Below are positions 18,290 to 27,659 of a stretch of 54,253 nucleotides of DNA, piece by piece (positions within the stretch are counted from its first letter, which is position 1; each line of letters starts with the position of its first letter). Location of the stretch: positions 1 through 54,253 of the forward strand of contig DUFC01000003.1 in the NCBI GenBank assembly GCA_011191875.1. Direction: 5' to 3'. The DNA is from Dehalococcoidia bacterium. Its GTDB lineage: Bacteria > Chloroflexota > Dehalococcoidia > Dehalococcoidales > W498. The notes below the pieces were generated by a model. It did no database searches. It worked only from the letters and a program-made list of their open reading frames with translations, and was not told the origin of the DNA. The translations under genes were made by a program, and so were the position numbers.

Positions 18290-19789
18290 ATGATAAAGAA
18301 AGTAGTCGCTATTTTTCTGTTGTTCCTCTTGGTACCTGTCGCTTGCTTGCCCGTGGCAAATCAACCTCCCACCGCATATATAGATTCCATCACCCCCACT
18401 CCGTCAGAAGTAGGGGAAGTTGTAACCTTCAAAGGCCACGGCACCGATACCGATGGCAGCGTGGTTGCCTATGCTTGGAAATCGAGCATCGATGGTCAGG
18501 TAGGTACTACTGCTCTTTTTACCACTTCAGCGCTCTCTGTGGGAACTCACATCATATCATTTGAGGTTCAGGACAACAATGACGCTTGGTCTGCTGCAGT
18601 TACGGCTCAAATCATTGTTGAGGAAGAGGTGGACGATGAAGAGATGGAAATGGAGGATGCTATAGATGTTGTGGTGGAAAACATCCTTCCAGAAATCCAT
18701 GAGATTATCACAGGAGATCCATATTGGTGCCTCAAGTTGGACTCACCCCTTCCTGAAGGAACGGTTATCGAGGAGGATTCAGGTTCTACGTTGAGGATTA
18801 CACTGGGGGATGAAATGTTCTTTTTCTACCTTGACCTTGCCCCAGGTCACTACTATGAACACGACGTCAAATACATCCTAGTGGATAAGGATGGCAGCCA
18901 TGAGGAATACGATGCCAAATGGTGGCCGCGAATCGATGGCGTTGTCCCCGAGGGATTAGTTCAGTTCCCTCCCGATGAAGACGACGTGGTTGACGGTAAT
19001 GTCCAGCTAGCTCAGCCTACTGGCGTACATATGTCATTTAAATTCCCCTTCTTAAGGTTGCAATGGTGTGAGGGTTTTATCGTGGTGCAGGGGCTGATGA
19101 CTAGTGAGGCACTCTATAGTGACGCTGTGGATACCTACTTAAATGGGATAAACTTTTTTAATGGGTACAAGAATGAGTGTTCTGTGGTCGAGGGCCTGGT
19201 CCAGAGCCAAGCTGCAGATGTACTCGATGAAATCGATGATATGTTGGAGGCCGGTCTGAACCCGATCACCATCTACATCATCGCCCACGGAGGCACTGAT
19301 TCGGTAAAGCTTGGTGGCCAGTGGTTCACAGCAAACCAGTTCCACAACAAGATGGCGGCGCACCCTGATACTATTTTTAACTTCATCCTCGGGTCATGCC
19401 ACAGCGGAAGCTTTATTAACAACCTAAACACCCTCGATAATGTATGCGTAGTGGTGACGGCTTGTGATCCAGACCAAGGGGCTACTCCAGACTGGGATAC
19501 AGCAGGAGGCTTGACTGATTTCAATTCAGCCGATTCAGGCAGTGAATGGACAAGCTCCCTCCTGGAGGCAATGTCGGAAATAGTTGGTGATTCGACTAAA
19601 TTTAATGCTATAAGGGAAATAGCCTGGTCATATGGTGTCCCGGAAACCTGTGTGCTGATCTGCCAAGGGCAATGGGGAGCATTAGGGGCCAATCCCGAAT
19701 TCGGCCTGAATCAAGACCTGGACCTTTCCCACCGCTGGGGGGGACATGACCCTTGTGGCTATTGCTCCTATTATCTCACTATCGAGTGA
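18290..19789 (+). CDS. Lipoprotein with PKD-like domain and clan CD (caspase/legumain-like) cysteine peptidase domain
   Basis: Lipobox VPVAC; PKD-like NQPPTAYI...GTDTDGSVVAYAW...GTHIISFEVQDN; His-Cys dyad motifs IYIIAHGG and FILGSCHSGSF. Confidence 0.75.
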   Translation: MIKKVVAIFLLFLLVPVACLPVANQPPTAYIDSITPTPSEVGEVVTFKGHGTDTDGSVVAYAWKSSIDGQVGTTALFTTSALSVGTHIISFEVQDNNDAWSAAVTAQIIVEEEVDDEEMEMEDAIDVVVENILPEIHEIITGDPYWCLKLDSPLPEGTVIEEDSGSTLRITLGDEMFFFYLDLAPGHYYEHDVKYILVDKDGSHEEYDAKWWPRIDGVVPEGLVQFPPDEDDVVDGNVQLAQPTGVHMSFKFPFLRLQWCEGFIVVQGLMTSEALYSDAVDTYLNGINFFNGYKNECSVVEGLVQSQAADVLDEIDDMLEAGLNPITIYIIAHGGTDSVKLGGQWFTANQFHNKMAAHPDTIFNFILGSCHSGSFINNLNTLDNVCVVVTACDPDQGATPDWDTAGGLTDFNSADSGSEWTSSLLEAMSEIVGDSTKFNAIREIAWSYGVPETCVLICQGQWGALGANPEFGLNQDLDLSHRWGGHDPCGYCSYYLTIE

Positions 19790-19920
19790 TGGTAGTGCAG
19801 ACAAGACGAAAAAGTGGATAGTGCCATTCGAGGATGACGGGTTCGCTCCTGCCGCCACTCTTCGTGACTAGGAGGACCCCCTCGATGCAAATATGTCGTT
19901 AGACTGCCTTGCACATATCA

Positions 19921-19966
19921 TAGATGGAGGCGTTCACGGCCGTGGTGATGAGCGCCTCCATTTCTA
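19921..19966 (+). terminator. Stem-loop after the peptidase gene
   Basis: Inverted repeat ATGGAGGCGTTCA...TGAGCGCCTCCAT followed by TT. Confidence 0.5.
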
Positions 19967-20191
19967 GCCCTTCGTTCCCTAAACATCAAGTGAAATCAAA
20001 TAACCGTACAGACCGTTTACTCATTGCACTTTATAGCAGATTATTGTCCAAACGTAGCATGCTTCTTTGATACATTATCTGCCTAATCTATATGATATTT
20101 CACATAATTTGTCTTTCAACTTTGATGCGTTTTCTATGAACTACATATGGGGAAGTCTAGGGGAACTATAGCTTGACAGTAATGTGGCCAG

Positions 20192-21091
20192 ATGGCAGAA
20201 TGCCTTAATATGGAATCTAACACACTAAACCGTGATAATAAACGAAGATTACTGGCTTCTCAGAGGAGTGAAATCACTGAGCACCTTATCTACGAGAAGC
20301 TGTCACACTGCACAAAAGACCCCCATAACAGGGAGGTACTTGAACGTATCTCTGCCGATGAGTTAAGGCACTACAAGCTGTGGGAGACTCACACAACAAC
20401 AGAGGTGAAACCAAGCAAGCTAAAAGTATGGATTTACTATGTTATTGCTCGAGTATTAGGACTCACCTTCGGTCTCAGGCTAATGGAAAAAGGTGAATCA
20501 CGAGCCCAAGTAGATTATTGTAAGATGGTTGATTTTATACCCGCAGCTGAAGATATATCCAAAGAGGAATACGAACATGAAAAGCAGTTACTCGACCTAA
20601 TAGACGAAGAACGACTCAAATACACAAGCGAAATAGTAAGGGGTCTCAATGTAGCACTGGTGGAACTTACTGGGACTATAGCCGGCTTCACTCTTGCTTT
20701 CAAGAACGCTGGTATTATCGCCATGGCTGCCATTATTGCCGGAGTAGCAATGACCCTCTCCGTGGCTAGTACAGAGTACCTGGCCACTAAGACAGGTGAG
20801 GGAGTCCGTAGCCCACTCAAAGCGGTAATCTATGGAGGAATCGCCAATCTACTCACCGTTCTCTTCTTGATATTTCCTTATTGGGTATTCACCGACATAT
20901 ACTATTCTCTAGGGTTTATGGCATTCAATGCAATTGTGGTGATTGCTGCATTCAGCTTCTATATCTCGGTGGCTAAAGAGATATCGTTTAAAATCAGATT
21001 TATAGAGATGACGCTTATAAGCCTTGGAATAGCAGGACTAACATTCGCCATTGGAATTCTTGTTAGGATGTACTTGCATATTGAGATCTAA
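20192..21091 (+). CDS. Rubrerythrin/ferritin-like domain fused to a VIT1/CCC1 membrane domain
   Basis: Diiron-type motifs E-IT-E, DELRHY, MEKGE and EEYEHE, followed by five TM segments with ALVELTG and EYL. Confidence 0.85.
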   Translation: MAECLNMESNTLNRDNKRRLLASQRSEITEHLIYEKLSHCTKDPHNREVLERISADELRHYKLWETHTTTEVKPSKLKVWIYYVIARVLGLTFGLRLMEKGESRAQVDYCKMVDFIPAAEDISKEEYEHEKQLLDLIDEERLKYTSEIVRGLNVALVELTGTIAGFTLAFKNAGIIAMAAIIAGVAMTLSVASTEYLATKTGEGVRSPLKAVIYGGIANLLTVLFLIFPYWVFTDIYYSLGFMAFNAIVVIAAFSFYISVAKEISFKIRFIEMTLISLGIAGLTFAIGILVRMYLHIEI

Positions 21092-21698
21092 ATAGCCTAT
21101 CCACTACATAAAAGATTGAATCGTTACTTGGTTACAGTTACTAGCGAAACAACACAACTACACAGAATTTACATGTGATAATATTGCAGTTTGTTACCTC
21201 AATCCTCCAAGGTCTTCGATATTAGATAGACCTTAGGGACATTGAACTTTATAGCGGAATGTTAGATAATTGATAAAGCGGTTCTTTTCTTTATTTTTCA
21301 TTACCTCCTATTGTTACAGGAATAGAAACATGATGTTAACCGTAGGTTCTACTTGATGAACGGAGAGTGTCGGGATTTACAGGAAAACCGCCCATGTAGT
21401 GTGTAACACAAGCTCATTGAGATATTTGCCAGCAAAGGCTGGCTCAATAAGTAACTCGGGATAATGCATCAGCGCAAGAGATACCGGATTTCTTGTAATG
21501 TGGAGAGATCTATTGTCTATCAAATAAATGAAATCTGTGTCCTCAGCTCAGGTGTGCCGGGCTGACCTGTATTTACAATCAGAAAAGACTCTATTTATAA
21601 CGATTCAGGAATTACTGACCTCACATCCACAAAATTAAACATGCAAGATTGGTCGAGTATCATAGCTAATTAATAATTTGGAGTTTATTTAATCTATC

Positions 21699-22610
21699 AT
21701 GAACATTATAGTTTACGGCTCAATGGCATATGACAGGATTATGGACTATCCAGGGTATTTCTCTGATCATATCCTACCGGAGAAAATACACGTTCTAAAT
21801 GTCTGCTTCACCGTTAACAGTATGATAGAGAAATTTGGTGGCACGGCTGGTAATATTGCCTATGCACTCTCTCTTTTAGGTGAAAAGCCGATAATCTTGG
21901 CTACCATTGGTCGAGATTATCATAGATATTTCGAATGGCTAACGAAAAATAAAATAGCTTACGAAGACATCGCAATTATCGAAGAGGAATTAACTGCTTG
22001 CGCCTATATCATAACTGATCGAGCCGACAACCAGATAACAGGGTTCAACCCCGGTGCGATGAAATACCATTCCTACTTCAACTTTGATAAGCTCAACCCC
22101 AAAGAAAGCATCGCTATCATTGCCCCGGGGAACCTTGGAGAGATGATGAAATACTCTACTATATGTAAGACCAGGAGCATCGACTATATTTTTGACCCCG
22201 GTCAATCACTACCAATGTGGGATAGCCAAGACCTTATCCAATGTATAGAAGGCTCTAAGATTATGATTTCCAACGACTATGAGCTGGAATTGATCATTAG
22301 CAAGACGGGACTAGATAGAAAGAAACTACTTCAGAGGACAAACACTATCATTACTACATTGGGGGAACTGGGTTCCCGTGTCTATACCCAAGATTGTGAA
22401 ATAGACATTCCCGCTATCAAACCAAAGGAAGTTGTTGATCCGACTGGTGCTGGTGACGCCTACAGAGCGGGATTAATTAAGGGTTTGATCCAAAGCAGAA
22501 ACATTGAACAGAGTGCACAAATGGGAAGCGTGTGTGCATCTTTCGCCATCGAATGCAATGGCACGCAGGAATATCATTTTAGCCAGATAGAATTTGAGGA
22601 GAGGCTTTAA
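21699..22610 (+). CDS. PfkB-family nucleoside/adenosine kinase
   Basis: Motifs GSMAYDRIM, FGGTAGNIAY, NQITGFNPGAM, FDPGQ, NDYE and DPTGAGDAYRAG. Confidence 0.93.
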   Translation: MNIIVYGSMAYDRIMDYPGYFSDHILPEKIHVLNVCFTVNSMIEKFGGTAGNIAYALSLLGEKPIILATIGRDYHRYFEWLTKNKIAYEDIAIIEEELTACAYIITDRADNQITGFNPGAMKYHSYFNFDKLNPKESIAIIAPGNLGEMMKYSTICKTRSIDYIFDPGQSLPMWDSQDLIQCIEGSKIMISNDYELELIISKTGLDRKKLLQRTNTIITTLGELGSRVYTQDCEIDIPAIKPKEVVDPTGAGDAYRAGLIKGLIQSRNIEQSAQMGSVCASFAIECNGTQEYHFSQIEFEERL

Positions 22611-22928
22611 ACTGCACCCCCCGGAGTATTACCCGTGCATGTTGAGTTGAATCTCGGATAAGCTAGCGGAGCACACTACATGATATTGCGGTTTGTTACT
22701 CTAGCCCGTAGTTGGTATCACCTCCATGTTCAATGTTATAACTACATTCCATGGGCATTATAAATACAATGCCCACCAGGTTTGAAGCATTGGAATCAGG
22801 GAATATCCTTTATTTTTACAGATAAACCCATTCCCAGCACATTCATCTCTATTATTAAGGTATTGACACCTCCTATAGTCCCAGCTCTGTATTGTGTTAA
22901 CATAGGGCATCGATTAGCGACGGTCAGC

Positions 22929-24218
22929 ATGGAGAAAAAGTACAGTTCTAAGAAGCCCAAGGTCTTTTACGGCTACTGGATAGTGGCAGTTGCTTTTTTA
23001 TGCCTTTTCATTATGTCAGGATCTACGTTTTATGCCTTTAGTCTATTCGTTAAGCCCCTTCAAGCAGACTTCGGCTGGAGCCGAGGTGAGATAATGACTG
23101 CCTTTACTATCTTCTGCCTGGTCCAGGGTGTAACTGCACCTTTTATTGGCAGAGTGGTTGACCAATATGGAGCAAGAAAGGTTATCCCCACAGGTGCTCT
23201 TATAACCGGTCTTGGCTTTGTCTTTCTAGCTCTGATGTACAACCTTTGGTATTTTTACGCTGGCTGGACTGTGGTCGGTATCGGGATGGCAGCGATGGGT
23301 CCCGTTCCGACAACTGCTGTAGTTTCAAATTGGTTTCAAAAAAAGAGGGGTCTGGCTATTGGCATAATGTCAGCAGCGGTCGGTGCAGGTGGGTTTGCTC
23401 TATCTCCGCTCTTTGGCGGTTATCTTATCCCTAATTTTGGCTGGGGAACATCCTATTTAGTCCTAGCTCTACTTACCTGGGTGCTCATTATCCCTTTAGC
23501 ACTAATAGTGATGAAGACAAAGCCATCGGACATAGGGCTTTACCCTGACGGTATAGAAAATCCTGAGTCAGTGGCGGTAACTGAAGCCTTGCCCTCAGTC
23601 TCCAGCGGATTAACTCTAAGAATGGCATTAGCTACTTCGACCTTCTGGTTGATTGCTATCTCTTTCTTGTCAAATGGTTTTAGTCAACTCGGTATTACCC
23701 TGAGTCAAGTTCCCCATCTAGAGGATATTGGTTTCCCTGTAGCCACAGCGGCTGCTGCCCTTGGCATTGTAGGTCTCGGAAGCACTATAGGCAAATTCGG
23801 TTTTGGCTGGCTTTGTGACTTGATACCAGCAAAATATGCCTTCGCTATCGGCCTCGGTCTTCAGCTAGTAGGCATAATATTACTTATCAATGTTGAGCCG
23901 ACATGTCCTCCGGCAACAATATGGCTATATGCTATCATATTGGGGTTGGGTATAGGCAGTTGGTTGCCATCCATGTCAATGCTCATAAGTACTAACTTTG
24001 GACTAGCCGCTTATGGTGCTATCTTTGGCATAATAACCCTTGTTCAGAGTATTGGTGGTGCTACTGGCCCTCTTATGGCGGGGCATATGTATGATGCTAT
24101 GAATACCTATCACTGGGCATTCATTGTCTTCCTTGCTTTATGCGCAGTATCTATATTTACCATATTGGCAGTACGTCGCCCTAAATCACTTGAAATTCCA
24201 AAGGTGAATTTTAAATAG
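22929..24218 (+). CDS. MFS transporter (OFA/MCT-like)
   Basis: FYGYWIVA start motif, motif A GRVVDQYGAR, WFQKKRGLAIGI and 12 TM segments; likely start is ATG 22929. Confidence 0.92.
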   Translation: MEKKYSSKKPKVFYGYWIVAVAFLCLFIMSGSTFYAFSLFVKPLQADFGWSRGEIMTAFTIFCLVQGVTAPFIGRVVDQYGARKVIPTGALITGLGFVFLALMYNLWYFYAGWTVVGIGMAAMGPVPTTAVVSNWFQKKRGLAIGIMSAAVGAGGFALSPLFGGYLIPNFGWGTSYLVLALLTWVLIIPLALIVMKTKPSDIGLYPDGIENPESVAVTEALPSVSSGLTLRMALATSTFWLIAISFLSNGFSQLGITLSQVPHLEDIGFPVATAAAALGIVGLGSTIGKFGFGWLCDLIPAKYAFAIGLGLQLVGIILLINVEPTCPPATIWLYAIILGLGIGSWLPSMSMLISTNFGLAAYGAIFGIITLVQSIGGATGPLMAGHMYDAMNTYHWAFIVFLALCAVSIFTILAVRRPKSLEIPKVNFK

Positions 24219-24335
24219 GAGATACACAAAGGCCTTTTTTTATTTAGCATTGTAGGCTAATAAAAGGGCTAATACAACTAGAACCCTTTTAATTGTTGTG
24301 CATTACACTATAAGCTGCTGTTGAGACAAACACGA

Positions 24336-24364
24336 TTGACGAACGTTTACTCGTATGATACAGT
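24336..24364 (+). promoter_or_regulatory. sigma70-type promoter of the TRAP operon with an overlapping imperfect palindrome
   Basis: TTGACG-17 bp-TACAGT with an extended TG; the dyad ACGAacgtttacTCGT overlaps the -35 box and spacer. Confidence 0.5.
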
Positions 24365-24533
24365 GAACCAGATATAATTCTTGTCCTGCATAATGAGAAT
24401 CCGCCGTTTAGGGGATTCCTGATTTATGATGGGCGGATAATGTAATCGAGGTGATGCTGATATGTGAGCTGTTTTCTGCACTTTCGAGGGAAATTACTAA
24501 TAATATTGAAGTTTAACACGGAGGTTACAAATA

Positions 24534-25640
24534 GTGAAAACGAAACTACCCTTTATTTTGCTAGCAGTTATTGTAATGACGTTACCAATATTCAATGCCT
24601 GTACTACTCCCCCAGCGTCGACCGAAGTTATCGAACTTACCTATAGTAACTTCTTCCCACCGACGCATTTACATTCCGTATTGGCTGAGGAGTGGATAAA
24701 GGAAATCGAATTGCGCACCGATGGGGCGATAAAAATTACTTATTACCCCGGAGGTTCTCTCGTTACTGCACCCCAGACCTATGATGGGGTTGTTCAGGGA
24801 ATTGCCGATATCGGCATGTCATTATTTGCCTATACTCCAGGTCGTTTTCCGGCTTGTGAAATAGTTGACCTGCCCCATGCCTATCCCAATGGCTGGGTAG
24901 CAACTAAGGTAGCCAACGACTTTTATAATAATTTCAAACCAGTCGAACTTGATGATACTCATCCCCTTTATTTCCATGCCCATGGTCCCGGTGTTGTTTT
25001 TACCACCGATAAACCAGTACGAGAAATGGAGGACCTTAATGGGCTGGTGATAAGATCAACCGGGGTTGGTGCTACGATAATGAATGCCCTTGGTGCCGAA
25101 GGCTATGGTGCTTCGCAGGGGGAAGCTTATGAAATGATGCAAAAAGATGTGGTGCAGGGTAGTTTTACTCCACGTGAGGTACTCAAAGGCTGGAATCAGG
25201 CAGAAGTGGTGAAATATGTTACTGGCTGCTACGATGTAGGTAATACCACGATGATGTTTGTCATTATGAACGAGGACAAATGGAACGCTTTACCGGCAAA
25301 CATCCAAGAGGTTTTCACTGAGGTCAGCCAGGAGTGGATAGAAAAGCACGGCAAGGTCTGGGATTACTACGATAAGGTTGGTATTGATTATTTCCTCAGC
25401 CTGGGCGAGGGTAGAGAAGTGATTGAGCTTTCAGCAGTGGAAATGAGTAGATGGGTAGAGACGGCTGTAGAGCCACTAATCAATCAATACATAGAGGAAA
25501 AAACAAGCGCCGGCCTTCAAGCAGATGAATTCCAGGCATACCTGACTGAGAGGGTGGCTTACTGGTCGGATATAGCTCCAACTGCTGAGCAAAGCCAGGC
25601 ATACGTGGAGAGTGAATTAATAGATATCGTTCCAGAATAA
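24534..25640 (+). CDS. dctP: TRAP transporter substrate-binding lipoprotein
   Basis: Lipobox IFNAC; motifs RTDGAIKITYYPGG.L, YDGVVQGIADIG, YTPGRFP, DLNGLVIR and MNEDKWNALP. Confidence 0.93.
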   Translation: MKTKLPFILLAVIVMTLPIFNACTTPPASTEVIELTYSNFFPPTHLHSVLAEEWIKEIELRTDGAIKITYYPGGSLVTAPQTYDGVVQGIADIGMSLFAYTPGRFPACEIVDLPHAYPNGWVATKVANDFYNNFKPVELDDTHPLYFHAHGPGVVFTTDKPVREMEDLNGLVIRSTGVGATIMNALGAEGYGASQGEAYEMMQKDVVQGSFTPREVLKGWNQAEVVKYVTGCYDVGNTTMMFVIMNEDKWNALPANIQEVFTEVSQEWIEKHGKVWDYYDKVGIDYFLSLGEGREVIELSAVEMSRWVETAVEPLINQYIEEKTSAGLQADEFQAYLTERVAYWSDIAPTAEQSQAYVESELIDIVPE

Positions 25641-25665
25641 TATATGGAAGTCAGCTTGTTATTCG

Positions 25666-25708
25666 TGGGGTGCCTGTGGGTAAGCTATTTATGTTTCACG
25701 GCACCCCA
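25666..25708 (+). terminator. Intercistronic hairpin after dctP
   Basis: Perfect 9-bp stem TGGGGTGCC...GGCACCCCA between the binding-protein and permease genes. Confidence 0.6.
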
Positions 25709-25775
25709 AGTTACTATACTGGTTTATCGTTCCAACTGAATAATACCGTAGTCATGCTTAGAATTTGGCAGGCTC

Positions 25776-26327
25776 ATGAGTCAGATTACTTCAGACATAG
25801 ACGTTTCAGAGGAGCAAGTAAGCTATCCCTCAGTAATAATTGTTCGTTTGGGGAAGTTAGCCACCTCTATTAGTAGATGGGTTAGCTGGATAGCGGGAGC
25901 TGGCGTGGTGGCTATGCTGGCTCTCACTATTGCCGATATAATTGGAATCAAGCTCTTTAAATCACCGGTTCCTGGAGCTATTGAAATCGTCGGTTTTTTA
26001 GGTATAGTCGTAACCGCTTTTGCTATTGCTTACACTTATATTCTACGCGGGCATATTCGGGTTGAGTTCTTCGTAACACAGTTGCCTCTCCGCTGGCGGG
26101 CAGGCATCAATGCTCTTGTCTCACTTGTTGGAATCGTTTTATTTGTTTTACTGGCCTGGCAAAGCTACTTATACGGGCATATTCTCCAGACCACTGGTGA
26201 GGTCTCAATGACCCAGAGAATACCCTTTTATCCTTTTGTCTATGCCATAGCCTTCAGCTGTATCCCCATCTGTTTAGTGCTGTTGCTCGAGTTTATCCAA
26301 TCGGCACTGAGAGTAGTGCAAAAGTGA
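25776..26327 (+). CDS. dctQ: TRAP small permease
   Basis: Four TM segments; motifs PVPGAIEIV and RGHIRVEF. Confidence 0.9.
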   Translation: MSQITSDIDVSEEQVSYPSVIIVRLGKLATSISRWVSWIAGAGVVAMLALTIADIIGIKLFKSPVPGAIEIVGFLGIVVTAFAIAYTYILRGHIRVEFFVTQLPLRWRAGINALVSLVGIVLFVLLAWQSYLYGHILQTTGEVSMTQRIPFYPFVYAIAFSCIPICLVLLLEFIQSALRVVQK

Positions 26328-27628
26328 GCCCGGTTGCTGTCGGTATCATCGGTATAATCATTCTGCTTTTTACTTTCCTGCTCAGTATGCCCGTTGGATT
26401 TGCCATGACCTTTGTCGGGCTCATCGGTTTCTGCTATCTGGTTTCGCCTGAAGCGGGTCTTAGCCTCCTGGCACGGGATGTTTTCACCATATTTTCCTCT
26501 TATTCCCTCACCGTTATTCCCATGTTTATACTAATGGGTTCTCTTGCCTTTGCTTCAGGGATGAGTCGGCGGGTCTATGATACCAGTTACAATATTTTCG
26601 GTCAGTTGCGGGGTGGTCTGGTTATGTCTACCATTGCCGGCTGTGCCGGATTTGCGGCTATCTGTGGTTCGACCAGCGCCACCGCCGCTGCCATGGGGAG
26701 GGTGGCTCTTCCAGAGATGAAGCGCTATCACTACGACGATTCACTGGCTACTGGTAGTGTGGCAGCTGCCGGGAGTCTAGGAATACTGATTCCACCCAGT
26801 ACAATTTTTATTGTTTACGGGATATTAACCCAGCAGTCTATCGGTAAACTCTTCTTATCCGGGGTTCTGCCCGGCTTGCTCCTTGCCAGCCTTTTCATAC
26901 TGGTGGTCGTCTTTCTCTGCTGGCGCCGCCCCAGTCTGGCTCCACGTGGAGAGGCAACAAGCTGGAAGAACAAGATGAAGGGACTTGCTGGTATACTTGA
27001 GATGGTAGTCTTATTCACCCTGGTGATGGGTGGACTGTTTCTCGGTTGGTTCAGTCCGATGCAGGCTGGAGCGGTGGGTGCTGCTGGTGCTCTGCTCATC
27101 GGCGTGGTGCGGCGACAGCTTAACTGGTCGGGATTTACCTTCGCCGTTACCGATACCGTCAAGGTAACCTGCCAGGTAATAATCATTGTTACCGGGGCAG
27201 TGATTTTTGGTCATTTTATTGCAGTAACCGAGATTCCACTGATACTGGCTGATTGGGTATCCGGACTTCCTTTGCCGTCTATGGCTATCATGGGCTTGAT
27301 AGTCCTTATGTACCTTATAGGTGGCTTTTTCATGGATGCCCTGGCGATGATTACCCTAACCATTCCCATTATTTATCCCGTGGTTCTCACTTTAGGGTTT
27401 GACCCAATATGGTTTGGAGTTATAGTAGTATTGGTGACTGAGATGGGGGTAATCACGCCCCCGGTGGGGATAAATGTCTATGTCATCAAAGGAATTGCCG
27501 AAGATGTGCCTCTGGAAACTATTTTTAAAGGAATATTTCCCTTTCTTGGCGCTCTGATTGTTGCCGTAGTGATACTGATATTCTTTCCCCAGATTGCGAC
27601 TTTTTTACCCGATATCGCTGGACCTTAA
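26324..27628 (+). CDS. dctM: TRAP large permease
   Basis: Motifs IPMFILMG, FAAICGSTSATAA, GSLGILIPPS, FDPIWFGV and ITPPVGINVYV. Confidence 0.95.
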   Translation: MSPVAVGIIGIIILLFTFLLSMPVGFAMTFVGLIGFCYLVSPEAGLSLLARDVFTIFSSYSLTVIPMFILMGSLAFASGMSRRVYDTSYNIFGQLRGGLVMSTIAGCAGFAAICGSTSATAAAMGRVALPEMKRYHYDDSLATGSVAAAGSLGILIPPSTIFIVYGILTQQSIGKLFLSGVLPGLLLASLFILVVVFLCWRRPSLAPRGEATSWKNKMKGLAGILEMVVLFTLVMGGLFLGWFSPMQAGAVGAAGALLIGVVRRQLNWSGFTFAVTDTVKVTCQVIIIVTGAVIFGHFIAVTEIPLILADWVSGLPLPSMAIMGLIVLMYLIGGFFMDALAMITLTIPIIYPVVLTLGFDPIWFGVIVVLVTEMGVITPPVGINVYVIKGIAEDVPLETIFKGIFPFLGALIVAVVILIFFPQIATFLPDIAGP

Positions 27629-27659
27629 CCGGATAAAACTGGTGTCTTTGAAGGATTGA

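Noticed and set aside
21171-22700. Short shared word ATATTGC(A/G)GTTTGTTAC after two consecutive genes (about 21181 and 22683)
   Set aside because: Only two copies of ~17 bp with no associated structure; insufficient to call a repeat family or regulatory site.
24380-24480. Known riboswitch class in the dctP leader
   Set aside because: A hairpin is present, but I could not recognise the consensus of any known class (SAM, cobalamin, c-di-GMP, glycine, etc.).
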